30,664 nt of DNA from a virus (taxonomy: Duplodnaviria; Heunggongvirae; Uroviricota; Caudoviricetes): positions 1 to 30,664 of IMG/VR virus record IMGVR_UViG_2802429251_000007. The stretch is one strand, 5' to 3'. Of this stretch, positions 7,330-16,766 are shown one piece after another. A program made the position numbers and the translations under genes. Every line of letters starts with the position of its first letter. Within the stretch, counting starts at the first letter, position 1. Under the pieces are notes generated by a model that was not told the origin of the DNA, made no database searches, and was given only the letters and a program-made list of their open reading frames with translations.

Positions 7330-7542
7330 TTAGCCTACCTTACGGTATGGATACACATTTTTAATGAATTGGTGAAAATACTGGCCTTTTGAACTGGCAT
7401 TCATAAGACCCTGATAGATCCTGGATGGAACACCAGAGTATTGATAGATACCTCCATTGTGAAAGGCTATTTCCAGTGTGAGAGTTGCTGAATCATACCC
7501 AACTGACTGGAGATTTGATGATGAAACATAATTACGAATCAA
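7330..7542 (-). CDS. KTSC-domain protein (70 aa)
   Basis: VSSSNLQSVGYDSATLTLEIAFHNGGIYQYSGVP...SKGQYF...YPY matches KTSC domain pattern; start is TTG with GAGGAT upstream; opposite strand to all flanking phage genes. Confidence 0.55.
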   Translation of the reverse strand: MIRNYVSSSNLQSVGYDSATLTLEIAFHNGGIYQYSGVPSRIYQGLMNASSKGQYFHQFIKNVYPYRKVG

Positions 7543-7697
7543 AACAATATCCTCATATTGTGGGGAAAAGTCCCAATGAAATTATTGATATATTTCGGCG
7601 TTATAACTTTGTCGATGATCATGGTCATCGTCTTGAAATGTGCCAGGACTTCATTGACTTAGTTAATGCGAAATCACAACAACATCAGGATGGTTAG
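7518..7697 (+). CDS. small hypothetical protein (59 aa)
   Basis: ATG 7518 with GGAG upstream; 5' end overlaps KTSC gene 5' end on the other strand; no family recognised. Confidence 0.3.
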   Translation: MMKHNYESKQYPHIVGKSPNEIIDIFRRYNFVDDHGHRLEMCQDFIDLVNAKSQQHQDG

Positions 7698-7754
7698 GCA
7701 TTACAGCAGCTCTTCTGTGAGGGGCTGCGATAATGTCACTAAGAGGAAAAATTC

Positions 7755-8504
7755 ATGGCAAAACCGGACTGGGAGGCCATCGAATCGGCATACCGGGCCG
7801 GAGTCCTTAGCCTCCGTGATATAGGCGAGAAATACGGCGTAACAGAAGGGGCTATCAGGAAGAGGGCTAAAAAGCTTGGTTGGGTACGCAGTGGCGGTAC
7901 GCAGGTTTGCAAAAATGGTACGCAAAAAAGAAAAGTGCGTACCAGCAGAAAGCCTGCCATTACTGACCTTACACAAAAAGGTACGCAACCAAAAACAGAA
8001 CCTACACCGGATACGAAACCGATACGCGGAATGCGTACCGATCCCCCGACTAACCCATTCCAACCCGGTAACCAGCAGGCATTAAAACACGGTGGTTATG
8101 CCCGTCGCCTTCTGCTCAAAGATGAGGTGATAGAGGATGCTAAAGCGTTGACGCTCGAGGACGAATTATTTCGCCTTCGTGCTAACAACCTTGTCGCTGC
8201 AGAGAATATTGGTCGGTGGTTGGTGTCGCTGGAAGATGCTAATGGGGACCAGGAAAGGAAGATGCTGATGGAAAATATCAGCGCCGCCGAGAAAGCAATG
8301 ATGCGCAATACAGTTCGTATTGAGTCCATCGTTGGCACGCTTGCGACGGTAGGAAAAATATTTGCTGATACAGCCTACCGCAAGGCCGCCACTGATAAGG
8401 TGTCTCTGGAGGCTGATCGTCTTCGCCGTGATGCAGGTATTGATGATGGCAATGGAGAGCGTGACCTCAATGACTTCTACTCTGACATCCAAACCGACGC
8501 TTAA
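7755..8504 (+). CDS. terminase small subunit
   Basis: N-terminal HTH-like segment (LSLRDIGEKYGVTEGAIRKRAKKLGW); immediately upstream of large terminase; GAGGA RBS. Confidence 0.7.
   Translation: MAKPDWEAIESAYRAGVLSLRDIGEKYGVTEGAIRKRAKKLGWVRSGGTQVCKNGTQKRKVRTSRKPAITDLTQKGTQPKTEPTPDTKPIRGMRTDPPTNPFQPGNQQALKHGGYARRLLLKDEVIEDAKALTLEDELFRLRANNLVAAENIGRWLVSLEDANGDQERKMLMENISAAEKAMMRNTVRIESIVGTLATVGKIFADTAYRKAATDKVSLEADRLRRDAGIDDGNGERDLNDFYSDIQTDA
7883..8039. repeat. cluster of six GGTACGCA/TGCGTACC octamers inside terS (candidate pac or terminase-binding site)
   Basis: Copies at 7883, 7896, 7917, 7980 (direct) and 7936, 8032 (inverted). Confidence 0.5.
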
Positions 8505-9873
8505 TCCGGCTTTACGTAGTTTCTGGACTACGCGGGCACGTAACAAAGTGCTTTATGGTGGCCGGTCATCGTCAAAATCATGGGATGCCGCTGGCATTGC
8601 CATATTTCTGTCGAATAAATACACCCTGCGTTTTTGTTGTGCCCGTCAGATCCAGAATAAAATCGAAGAGTCGGTGTATACCCTGCTCAAAATTCAGATA
8701 GACAGGTTTGGCCTGCGGCACCGTTTCCGGATTCTGAACAACAAAATCATTAACCGGGTTACTGGCTCGGAATTTGTTTTTTATGGATTATGGCGCAACA
8801 TCGAAGAAATTAAGTCACTGGAGGGGATCGACGTGTTGTGGCTGGAAGAAGCCCACGCACTGACTGAATACCAGTGGAAAATTCTGGAGCCAACGATCCG
8901 TAAAGAGGGTTCGGAATGCTGGTTCATATTCAACCCCGGACTTGTTACTGATTTCGTCTGGCGTAACTTCGTTGTTGATCCGCCTGAAGGCACTCTCATC
9001 CGCAAAATTAACTATGACGAAAATCCGTTTCTGTCTGACACCATGCTTAAGGTTATCGACGCGGCGCGACGCCGTGATCCGGATGGTTTTAAACATGTGT
9101 ATGAGGGCGTTCCGGAGTCTGATGATGATGCGGCAATCATCAAACTGTCCTGGATAGAAGCCGCAGTGGATGCGCACAAAACGTTAAATTTCGAACCCAG
9201 TGGAAGAAAGCGTATTGGCTTTGACGTGGCTGACAGTGGTACAGATAAGTGCGCTAACGTTTACCGTCACGGATCCGTTGTTTTCTGGGCCGACGAATGG
9301 AAGGCCAAAGAAGATGAATTACTGAAGAGCTGCCAGCGTACTTATCAGGCGGCGCTGGAGCGTGAAGCAGATATTGTTTACGACTCTATCGGTGTTGGTG
9401 CTTCTGCCGGTGCTAAATTCTCTGAAATTAACGCTGACCGGAAGAGCGAGAATGCATACGCGCGACGTGTGAATTACCAGAGGTTTAACGCCGGCGCTGG
9501 TGTGCATGAACCAGATGACGAATACAACGGCATCCCCAACAAAGACTTTTTCGCAAATCTTAAGGCTCAGGCATGGTGGCTGGTGGCTGACCGTTTCAGA
9601 AATACGTTTAACGCCATTAACAACGGAGAACAGTATCCTGTGGATGAGCTGATCAGCATAGATTCTCGTTGTCCGTTGCTTGAAAAGCTGAAACTGGAAC
9701 TGACAACACCTCATCGTGATTTCGACCGTAACGGACGTGTGATGGTCGAAAGTAAAAAAGACCTCGCAAAACGCGAGATACCGTCACCAAACGTTGCTGA
9801 CGCATTCATTATGGCCTTCGCGCCAATTGATACATCGCTGGATATCTGGGAACAGCTGGGGAGACAGGCCTGA
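8443..9873 (+). CDS. terminase large subunit
   Basis: Walker A-like YGGRSSSKS, ATPase and nuclease motifs by eye; start ambiguous (ATG at 8443, 8452 or 8470). Confidence 0.85.
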   Translation: MMAMESVTSMTSTLTSKPTLNPALRSFWTTRARNKVLYGGRSSSKSWDAAGIAIFLSNKYTLRFCCARQIQNKIEESVYTLLKIQIDRFGLRHRFRILNNKIINRVTGSEFVFYGLWRNIEEIKSLEGIDVLWLEEAHALTEYQWKILEPTIRKEGSECWFIFNPGLVTDFVWRNFVVDPPEGTLIRKINYDENPFLSDTMLKVIDAARRRDPDGFKHVYEGVPESDDDAAIIKLSWIEAAVDAHKTLNFEPSGRKRIGFDVADSGTDKCANVYRHGSVVFWADEWKAKEDELLKSCQRTYQAALEREADIVYDSIGVGASAGAKFSEINADRKSENAYARRVNYQRFNAGAGVHEPDDEYNGIPNKDFFANLKAQAWWLVADRFRNTFNAINNGEQYPVDELISIDSRCPLLEKLKLELTTPHRDFDRNGRVMVESKKDLAKREIPSPNVADAFIMAFAPIDTSLDIWEQLGRQA

Positions 9874-11342
9874 TGGCACGAAACAAACAAGCCCTGCGGC
9901 GAACTGCGCAGGCCACAGCTGATGGTTATGAGAATTTTATTGCCCGCGTAGGGATGCAGACACCTAACCAGCACTCAGCATCCACCTACCGGGCTAATTT
10001 TACCAGTCGTAACCGCATGCTGGTGGAATGGTCCTATCGTTCATCCTGGATCATCGGCGAAGCAGTCGATGCTATCCCGGATGATATGACCCGCAAAGGC
10101 ATTCGCATCACTTCGGAAATTGATGCAAAAGATCGCGGCATTCTCGAATCACAACTTGATGAGTTGCAAATCTGGGATGCGCTGAATGACGTGCTGAAAT
10201 GGTCTCGTCTCTATGGCGGTGCGGTTGGCTTCATCATGATCGAGGGGCAGGCACCAATGACCCCGCTGCGGCTCGAAACCATTGGAGAAGGCAAGTTTAA
10301 GGGCATTCTCCCGCTCGACCGCTGGATGATTAACCCGGTGCTGACCCGCCGCATTAAAGAGATGGGGCCGGATCTCGGCAAACCTGAGTTTTACGATGTG
10401 GTGACCACTGCAACGGGCATCCCGGCCTGGCGCATCCATCACAGCCGCCTGATTCGCTTCGATGGCGTCACGCTGCCATTCCAGCAGAAGATGACCGAGA
10501 ACGAATGGGGAATGTCGGTTGTAGAGCGAATCTGGGATCGGCTTACTGCGTTCGACAGCGCCACTGTCGGCGCGGCTCAGCTGGTCTACAAAGCGCATCT
10601 GCGCACCTACAGCGTGGAGAAGCTGCGCGAGATTATCGCGCTTGGTGGCCCAGCTTTCGAAGCGTTGCTGAAGAACATCGACCTGATCCGCCAGTTCCAG
10701 AGCAATGAAGGCATGACGCTCATGGACTCGCGGGATAAGTTTGAAACGCATCAGTACAGCTTCAGTGGTCTGGATGACATCCTATCGCAGTTTGCAGAAC
10801 AGATTAGTGGCGCTGTTGGTATTCCACTGGTGCGGTTGTTCGGACAGTCCCCGAAAGGATTTTCTACCGGTGATGCAGATCTTGCCAACTATTACGACCG
10901 GGTGAGCTCATTGCAGGAGCGCCGCTTACGGATGCCGATGCGCCGGATACTGGACATTATGCACCGCTCGGAACTCGGTAAGCCGCTGCCGGACGATTTC
11001 ACGTTTGAGTTTAACCCGCTCTGGCAAATGTCTGATGTCGATCGCTCAACGGTGGCGTTAAACACTACCAACGCAATCAGTACGGCGCTGGGTGATGGTC
11101 TGATGACACTGAAAGCCGCTATGACCGATTTGCGCGAAAATTCTGACGTAACCGGCATCGGGGCATCCATTACCGACGAGGACATAGAGAATGCCGAAGA
11201 CGAAGCGCCGCCAGGCATCGGCGAACTTGGCGACAAACCGCCAGAGTCGCCAGGCGGAGATCCGATATCGAACGAGCCTACGGCAGATAGCGCGGGCGGT
11301 CGGGGATATCGTAAATGGGCGCTACGATGGTTCAAACGATAG
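9873..11342 (+). CDS. portal protein
   Basis: 489 aa directly after large terminase; acidic C-terminus; GGGGAG RBS. Confidence 0.75.
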   Translation: MARNKQALRRTAQATADGYENFIARVGMQTPNQHSASTYRANFTSRNRMLVEWSYRSSWIIGEAVDAIPDDMTRKGIRITSEIDAKDRGILESQLDELQIWDALNDVLKWSRLYGGAVGFIMIEGQAPMTPLRLETIGEGKFKGILPLDRWMINPVLTRRIKEMGPDLGKPEFYDVVTTATGIPAWRIHHSRLIRFDGVTLPFQQKMTENEWGMSVVERIWDRLTAFDSATVGAAQLVYKAHLRTYSVEKLREIIALGGPAFEALLKNIDLIRQFQSNEGMTLMDSRDKFETHQYSFSGLDDILSQFAEQISGAVGIPLVRLFGQSPKGFSTGDADLANYYDRVSSLQERRLRMPMRRILDIMHRSELGKPLPDDFTFEFNPLWQMSDVDRSTVALNTTNAISTALGDGLMTLKAAMTDLRENSDVTGIGASITDEDIENAEDEAPPGIGELGDKPPESPGGDPISNEPTADSAGGRGYRKWALRWFKR

Positions 11343-11964
11343 CGTAACCGAAATAATGGATGCGCTGGAGCGCTACAGCGAAATCATCACCCCCTGGGCG
11401 ACGAAGGTAGCTGAGAACTTTACCGCAGACATAGCGCGCCAGAATGAAAAGCAGTGGCGTCAACACAGCCGGAACATCAGCGCAGAGCTGCGCAACATGG
11501 TCGACCGCGCCCCGGTAGGCCAGGTGATGAAATCCATCGTCGCCGAGCAAATTAAGTACATCAAGTCACTGCCTCTTGAGGCCGCCGATCGGGTGTATGA
11601 CATTCAGAACAAGGCCATCGAGGCCGTTGTGTCTGGTGGCCGCGCTGAGCCATTCGCGAAAGAGATAGCTGCGTCCGGTGACGTGTCACGCTCACGAGCG
11701 AACCTTATCGCCCGTACTGAACTTGGACGTGCAACCGGCGCGCTGGATCAGGCGCGTGCGCTGTCAATCGGCTCGAATGGTTATATCTGGCGTACAGCCG
11801 AAGATGGCGACGTCCGGCATTCTCATCGGGAGATGGAAGGTAAGTTTGTCGAATGGGGCAAACCTCCAACGCTTGATGGCATGACCGGTCACGCTGGCGA
11901 GCTCCCGAATTGTCGCTGTTATAAAGAAATCGTTTTTCCCACCTCCCATTCTTATCCCGCCTGA
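11191..11964 (+). CDS. head morphogenesis protein, Mu F/SPP1 gp7-like
   Basis: C-terminal IARTELGRA...WRTAEDGDVRHSHREMEGKFVEWGKPP...PNCRCY typical of MuF-like proteins; start uncertain (11191 overlaps portal by 152 nt; alternative ATG 11356). Confidence 0.7.
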   Translation: MPKTKRRQASANLATNRQSRQAEIRYRTSLRQIARAVGDIVNGRYDGSNDSVTEIMDALERYSEIITPWATKVAENFTADIARQNEKQWRQHSRNISAELRNMVDRAPVGQVMKSIVAEQIKYIKSLPLEAADRVYDIQNKAIEAVVSGGRAEPFAKEIAASGDVSRSRANLIARTELGRATGALDQARALSIGSNGYIWRTAEDGDVRHSHREMEGKFVEWGKPPTLDGMTGHAGELPNCRCYKEIVFPTSHSYPA

Positions 11965-11978
11965 ATCGCAGGTAACAC

Positions 11979-13199
11979 ATGAAATATTTTTTCAATACCC
12001 GGCTGGGGGAAACCCGCTATCAGCTGGCTGACGGCTCGTTGCTGTGCAAAGACGTGCCGATAGGACGAACAGGTAAGCAGCTCTATGGTGCTGATGACCT
12101 GCCAAAACTGAAACCCGATAAGTTCGGTGAAATAGTCGTCACGCGTTCTCCTGAGCAGGTATTCCATCCCGCCACGCTTGCCTCATTCGAAGGAATGAGT
12201 ATCACGGTGTTGCATCCCGAGGATGAAAACGGGGATGTGCGGCTGGTAAATCCCGAGAACTGGAAAGAGCTTGCTGTCGGGCATCTTCAGAATGTGCGGC
12301 GCGGGACCGGTGACCAGTCTGATTTGATGCTGGCTGACCTTATCGTCAAAGACGAAAGCGCCATTCAGCTTATCGAAGATGGCCTGCGCGAAGTGTCGTG
12401 TGGCTATGACGCGGAGTACGAGCAGACCGAGCCAGGTAAAGCCGAGCAGGTCGATATTACCGGAAACCATGTGGCTCTTGTCCCCAAAGGCAGAGCCGGA
12501 AATCGTTGTGCAATTGGAGACAGAGACACAATGGCAAATCAAAAGAAAAACTGGTGGAACCGCATGCGTGCAGCCATCAAGACAGGAGATGCCGACACCA
12601 TGAACGAACTGGTGGAGTCGGCTCCCGCATCGGTTACAGGAGATGAGGGGGATTTGCCGCAGGGCGTTAATCTCAACATCAACCTGTCCCCGCAGCAACC
12701 GCTACCGGACAAAGCACCAGAGATGGGCGGAGGTCCAACCGGCGACAGTGATGATGACCTCAAAACATTACTGAAAGCCCTGCTGGCTAAGCTGGAAGGA
12801 AATGCGACGGGCGATAACGACAATAAGCCTGACGATAATCCGACCGGTGACGGCGAGGACGATGAAGAGGAAACCACGATTACTGGTGACTCAGCCTGGC
12901 GTGCCGAAGTTATCGTTCCGGGTATCGATCTGAGCCGTAAGATGAAACCGACCGCGTTCAAACGTGAGGTTCTGGCTTCTGCTGACAAAACGCTGGTTCG
13001 CCAGATAGTCGGTGATGCGGATATCCGCAAATTACCGAAACAATCGGTCAACATGGCGTTTAATGCCGTGTCTGAGATTGCCAAAGGGCGAAACACCCGC
13101 GCCACCACCGGCGATGCACAGCGCCCAAACATGGGCATGACCAGTATCGCTTCCCTGAACAAACAAAACGCTGAATTCTGGGCAAACCGTAAAGGGTAA
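11979..13199 (+). CDS. putative capsid scaffolding/maturation protein (DUF2213-like)
   Basis: Position between MuF-like gene and capsid genes; acidic low-complexity middle (DDDLKT..GDGEDDEEE). Confidence 0.4.
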   Translation: MKYFFNTRLGETRYQLADGSLLCKDVPIGRTGKQLYGADDLPKLKPDKFGEIVVTRSPEQVFHPATLASFEGMSITVLHPEDENGDVRLVNPENWKELAVGHLQNVRRGTGDQSDLMLADLIVKDESAIQLIEDGLREVSCGYDAEYEQTEPGKAEQVDITGNHVALVPKGRAGNRCAIGDRDTMANQKKNWWNRMRAAIKTGDADTMNELVESAPASVTGDEGDLPQGVNLNINLSPQQPLPDKAPEMGGGPTGDSDDDLKTLLKALLAKLEGNATGDNDNKPDDNPTGDGEDDEEETTITGDSAWRAEVIVPGIDLSRKMKPTAFKREVLASADKTLVRQIVGDADIRKLPKQSVNMAFNAVSEIAKGRNTRATTGDAQRPNMGMTSIASLNKQNAEFWANRKG

Positions 13200-13202
13200 A
13201 AA

Positions 13203-13709
13203 ATGAATAATGTATTTCTGTACCGGATGCCTGTTGGCATTGCCGGGGCCGTCTCTCGCCCGCAGGACTTAACCGTCGAACCGGTGGTCCTTAAATCCGA
13301 TAACGCCTTCGCTGCCTATGGCCTGGCTGGTAAATACGATGATGACGGTTTTTTCGTGCCGCTGGCAGATGGTGATACCGCAGACAAAGTGAAGGGGATC
13401 TACGTGCGCCCTTATCCGACCACTTCGCAGCCGGACATGGTTCGCCAGGTGGGGACTGGCAAGAACTTCCCGGGCGACGCCATGAAGCGTGGCTACGTGA
13501 CCGTTAATCTCGGTTCTGATTTTGATGCCAGCACCATCAAAAAAGGCGACCCGGTATACGTTGTCGTCTCCACTGATGAATCCATCAAAGTGCCGCTGGG
13601 TGGATTCATGGCCACGTCAGTCAGTGGCAAAAACGTGGTGCTGACCAACGCTGAATTCACAGGTGCCGGTGATGCTGACGGCAATGCAGAAATTTCCTGG
13701 AAGATTTAA
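13203..13709 (+). CDS. putative head decoration/cement protein (DUF2190-like)
   Basis: 168 aa directly upstream of major capsid gene. Confidence 0.35.
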   Translation: MNNVFLYRMPVGIAGAVSRPQDLTVEPVVLKSDNAFAAYGLAGKYDDDGFFVPLADGDTADKVKGIYVRPYPTTSQPDMVRQVGTGKNFPGDAMKRGYVTVNLGSDFDASTIKKGDPVYVVVSTDESIKVPLGGFMATSVSGKNVVLTNAEFTGAGDADGNAEISWKI

Positions 13710-13720
13710 GGAACAGACGA

Positions 13721-14662
13721 ATGATTACTTTTGATCAGGCAACCGTTGACAGCTCTGGTGCCTTTCTCATCGGGGAGCTGGAGCGACTCGACCAGACGCT
13801 GAACCTGCCACTGGTGGGGTACACCTGGACCCGCGATATTCAGTTGCGTGAAGATGTCTCCATTGCAGATGACAGTTCCAGCTGGACGAATACCAGCTTC
13901 GCCGCTGCGGGTACTGGTGCAAATCCGAATGGCAAAAACTGGGTAGGCAAAGACTCAACCGCTATTGCTGGCGTGAACGTGGATATCGGCAAATCCGGTA
14001 ACCCGCTGAACCTGTGGGGGATGGAACTTGGCTGGACGGTCATAGAATTGCAGGCTGCTCAGCAGGTCGGCCGCCCGATTGATACGCAGAAGTATGACGG
14101 TATGCAACTGAAATGGCAGATGGATAACGATGAACAGGTATATGTTGGCGATTCCGCATTAAACCTGAAAGGCCTTGTTACCCTGAACGGTGTTCCTGTC
14201 AACAACGCTGCCAAAACGTGGGCAACCTCAACACCGGACGAAATCCGCGCAAGCATTAACCAGGTGCTGTCTGATGCGTGGGCCGCTTCTGGTTACTCTG
14301 TGGTTCCGCGTGATTTGCTGATCCCACCTGAGCAGTTTGCTCTGTTGTCCAGCATCATCGTTTCATCTGCGGGTAACCAGTCCCTGTTGACGTACCTTCA
14401 GACCAACACCATCAGCTATCACCAGAACGGTGTTCCGCTGAATATCCGCGCGGTTAAATGGCTGAAAGGCCGTGGTGTGGGGAATAAGGATCGCATGGTT
14501 GCGTACACCAACGATAAAAAATACGTCCGCTACCCGCTGGTTCCGCTTCAGAGCGTGCCGGTGCAGTATCGCGGTCTGTATCAGATCGTCACTTACTACG
14601 GCAAGCTGGGTGCAGTCGAGCCAGTGTACAAAGAAACCATTTCGTACGTTGATGGCATTTAA
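13721..14662 (+). CDS. major capsid protein
   Basis: 313 aa, position after scaffold and decoration genes, strong RBS AAGGAACAG. Confidence 0.65.
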   Translation: MITFDQATVDSSGAFLIGELERLDQTLNLPLVGYTWTRDIQLREDVSIADDSSSWTNTSFAAAGTGANPNGKNWVGKDSTAIAGVNVDIGKSGNPLNLWGMELGWTVIELQAAQQVGRPIDTQKYDGMQLKWQMDNDEQVYVGDSALNLKGLVTLNGVPVNNAAKTWATSTPDEIRASINQVLSDAWAASGYSVVPRDLLIPPEQFALLSSIIVSSAGNQSLLTYLQTNTISYHQNGVPLNIRAVKWLKGRGVGNKDRMVAYTNDKKYVRYPLVPLQSVPVQYRGLYQIVTYYGKLGAVEPVYKETISYVDGI

Positions 14663-14703
14663 CAGCCACATGGCCCCCTGGCGGGGCCATTAAGGATGAC
14701 CAG

Positions 14704-14925
14704 ATGGCAAAAAATAATGCAGTAATACACGTACATACCCCGTTTGTGCTCACGCTTCCCGACGGTTCACGGCGCGAGTTTGTTAAAGGCCGTCATGCAG
14801 TGGAGGAAGACGTTGCCACGCACTGGTTCACTCGTGCGCACGCGGAAGTATCCGTTGGCAAAGACACTGACGCGCGTAACGAGGTAAAAAATGCCAAAGA
14901 ATCAAAGTCTGCCAGCGGTAAGTGA
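14704..14925 (+). CDS. small structural-module protein (73 aa), unknown
   Basis: ORF with RBS, between capsid and neck genes. Confidence 0.35.
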   Translation: MAKNNAVIHVHTPFVLTLPDGSRREFVKGRHAVEEDVATHWFTRAHAEVSVGKDTDARNEVKNAKESKSASGK

Positions 14926-15298
14926 TTTTCGCCGCGACTTCCCGCAGTTTGCTGACCCTGCCAAATATCCCGAAGCGCAAATCCAGTTTCGTCTGAATCT
15001 GGCCGATGAACTGCTGAGCGAAAACGTCACCGGAAAAAAGTTGTTTCCGTACTTTGCCGAGTTGTTCGTGGCTCACTACATGACGCTATGGGCGGCAGAT
15101 AGTCGGGCAATGCTGGTTGGCGGCCCGGGCGGTTCAACCAATGGTGTTCAATCCTCAAAGTCTGTTGACAAGGTAAGCGTCAGTTATGACACCAGCGCGA
15201 CGCTGAATCCTGATGCAGGTTTCTGGAATAACACCCGACATGGCGCTGAATTTTATCAGTTGATCACGATGTTCGGTGCAGGTGGTCGCCAGCTATGA
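14891..15298 (+). CDS. putative head-tail connector/adaptor protein
   Basis: Position; GAGGT RBS before ATG 14891. Confidence 0.4.
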   Translation: MPKNQSLPAVSDFRRDFPQFADPAKYPEAQIQFRLNLADELLSENVTGKKLFPYFAELFVAHYMTLWAADSRAMLVGGPGGSTNGVQSSKSVDKVSVSYDTSATLNPDAGFWNNTRHGAEFYQLITMFGAGGRQL

Positions 15299-15849
15299 GC
15301 TTCAAAAGCGGTGTAACAACGAGGGTGGATAACGCTCAGGCCATTCTGGATGCGCTCAGGTCGCTAACCAAAAAGGATGTGCTGGTCGGCATCCCTTCGG
15401 AAGACAGCGGGCGGGATGATGTTCCGTTTGGTAATGCGGGCATCGGTTACCTCAACGAATACGGCTCACCAGAGCAGAATATCCCGCCACGACCTCACCT
15501 GGTCCCCGGCGTTAAATCGGCAGAAGAGCAGACGGTGCCGCAGCTCAAAGCCGCGGCGCAGGCTGCACTTGATGGTAATGCTGCGGGAGCAGAAAGTGCA
15601 CTCAACCGTGCCGGAACGCTGGCCGCTAATGGCGTCAGGCGTTACATGACCATTACCGGCTTTACGCCGCTTGCTGACAGTACTGTTGAAGCCCGGGCTC
15701 GTCGGGGGCGCAAGGGGGCAACACTGGAACTTGCCCGGCGTGCTGCTGGCGAATCTCCGGGAACCGATCTGGCGAAACCATTAATTGACACCGGGCAATA
15801 TCGCAGAGCCATTACCCATGTTGTGAGGGATAAAGATGCCGACTCTTGA
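15295..15849 (+). CDS. putative neck/head-completion protein
   Basis: ATGA-type overlap with upstream gene; position. Confidence 0.35.
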   Translation: MSFKSGVTTRVDNAQAILDALRSLTKKDVLVGIPSEDSGRDDVPFGNAGIGYLNEYGSPEQNIPPRPHLVPGVKSAEEQTVPQLKAAAQAALDGNAAGAESALNRAGTLAANGVRRYMTITGFTPLADSTVEARARRGRKGATLELARRAAGESPGTDLAKPLIDTGQYRRAITHVVRDKDADS

Positions 15850-16225
15850 TGTAACAGATGTGCTTTTTGACCCCGATTTTTGCGACTTCAATTTGTGGGT
15901 AACACGCCGAGTGCAAACGGTGGATGAGGACGGGATCGGCAGCGACAGTGAAGTTAAAAAGCAGTTTGCCGGAGTCGTAACTGTTGATCGCTCTCTGGAA
16001 AACCGCCGTATGCAGGCAGGGCAGGTAATCAGTGGTGCAATTCTGATTGTGACGACTGAGCGACTGACGCAGGGACAGACTGGCCGTGATTCCGATATCG
16101 TGACGTATCAGGGCCGTGATTACCGTGTGACCTTCGTCGACCCGTATACAGCTTATGGTGCCGGATTCGTTCAGGCGCATTGTGAGTTGCTGCCGTTTGA
16201 TGGGGGAATTCCGGTTGAGCAATAA
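15836..16225 (+). CDS. putative neck/tail-completion protein
   Basis: Overlapping start with upstream gene; position. Confidence 0.35.
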   Translation: MPTLDVTDVLFDPDFCDFNLWVTRRVQTVDEDGIGSDSEVKKQFAGVVTVDRSLENRRMQAGQVISGAILIVTTERLTQGQTGRDSDIVTYQGRDYRVTFVDPYTAYGAGFVQAHCELLPFDGGIPVEQ

Positions 16226-16763
16226 CACCAGCACAGAGCGCGGATGGCTGATACCAACCAGTGGCGATCCGGATTATGACGAAGCGCTCGACAGGCTGTT
16301 AAGCCAGTGGATGCGTAACGTTTCCGGTCTGTCTGCCGGGATGGTTCGTCCGCGCTGGCAGAAAGAGCAACCGCCACTGCTACCAGCTGAAACGAACTGG
16401 TGTGCGTTTGGGGTTATCGGATGGTCAGGTGATGACAGCCCGGCATTCACCAGACAGACCGATGATGGCTCTCAGCTCTGGCGGCATGAAACGATTGAGT
16501 GTATGGCTTCGTTTTATGGTCCGGCGGGGATGGTGTATGCGTCCCGGTTTCGTGACGGTATATCTGTACCGCAGAACAACGCAGCACTGAATGCGCTGGG
16601 GCTGTCTCTTGGCGATTACACAGGTCTGACTCCCTTCCCTGAACTTATTAATCAGCAATGGGTCCGCCGCTACGATATGACGGTGCGTCTGCGCCGGAAG
16701 GTTGTGCGCGAGTACGGTATTAAATCGCTGGTGGAAGCACCAGTCATCTTTTTCGGAGATTAA
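16200..16763 (+). CDS. putative tail terminator/neck protein
   Basis: ATG 16200 (MGEFRLSNN...); ORF-track start 16155 is an extension. Confidence 0.35.
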   Translation: MGEFRLSNNTSTERGWLIPTSGDPDYDEALDRLLSQWMRNVSGLSAGMVRPRWQKEQPPLLPAETNWCAFGVIGWSGDDSPAFTRQTDDGSQLWRHETIECMASFYGPAGMVYASRFRDGISVPQNNAALNALGLSLGDYTGLTPFPELINQQWVRRYDMTVRLRRKVVREYGIKSLVEAPVIFFGD

Positions 16764-16766
16764 GCT

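Noticed and set aside
10149-10751. 200-aa minus-strand ORF
   Set aside because: Fully antisense within the portal gene; no RBS and unbroken structural operon on the plus strand.
12539-13240. 233-aa minus-strand ORF
   Set aside because: Antisense within scaffold-like gene; Ser-rich low-complexity product mirrors the acidic repeat region on the sense strand.
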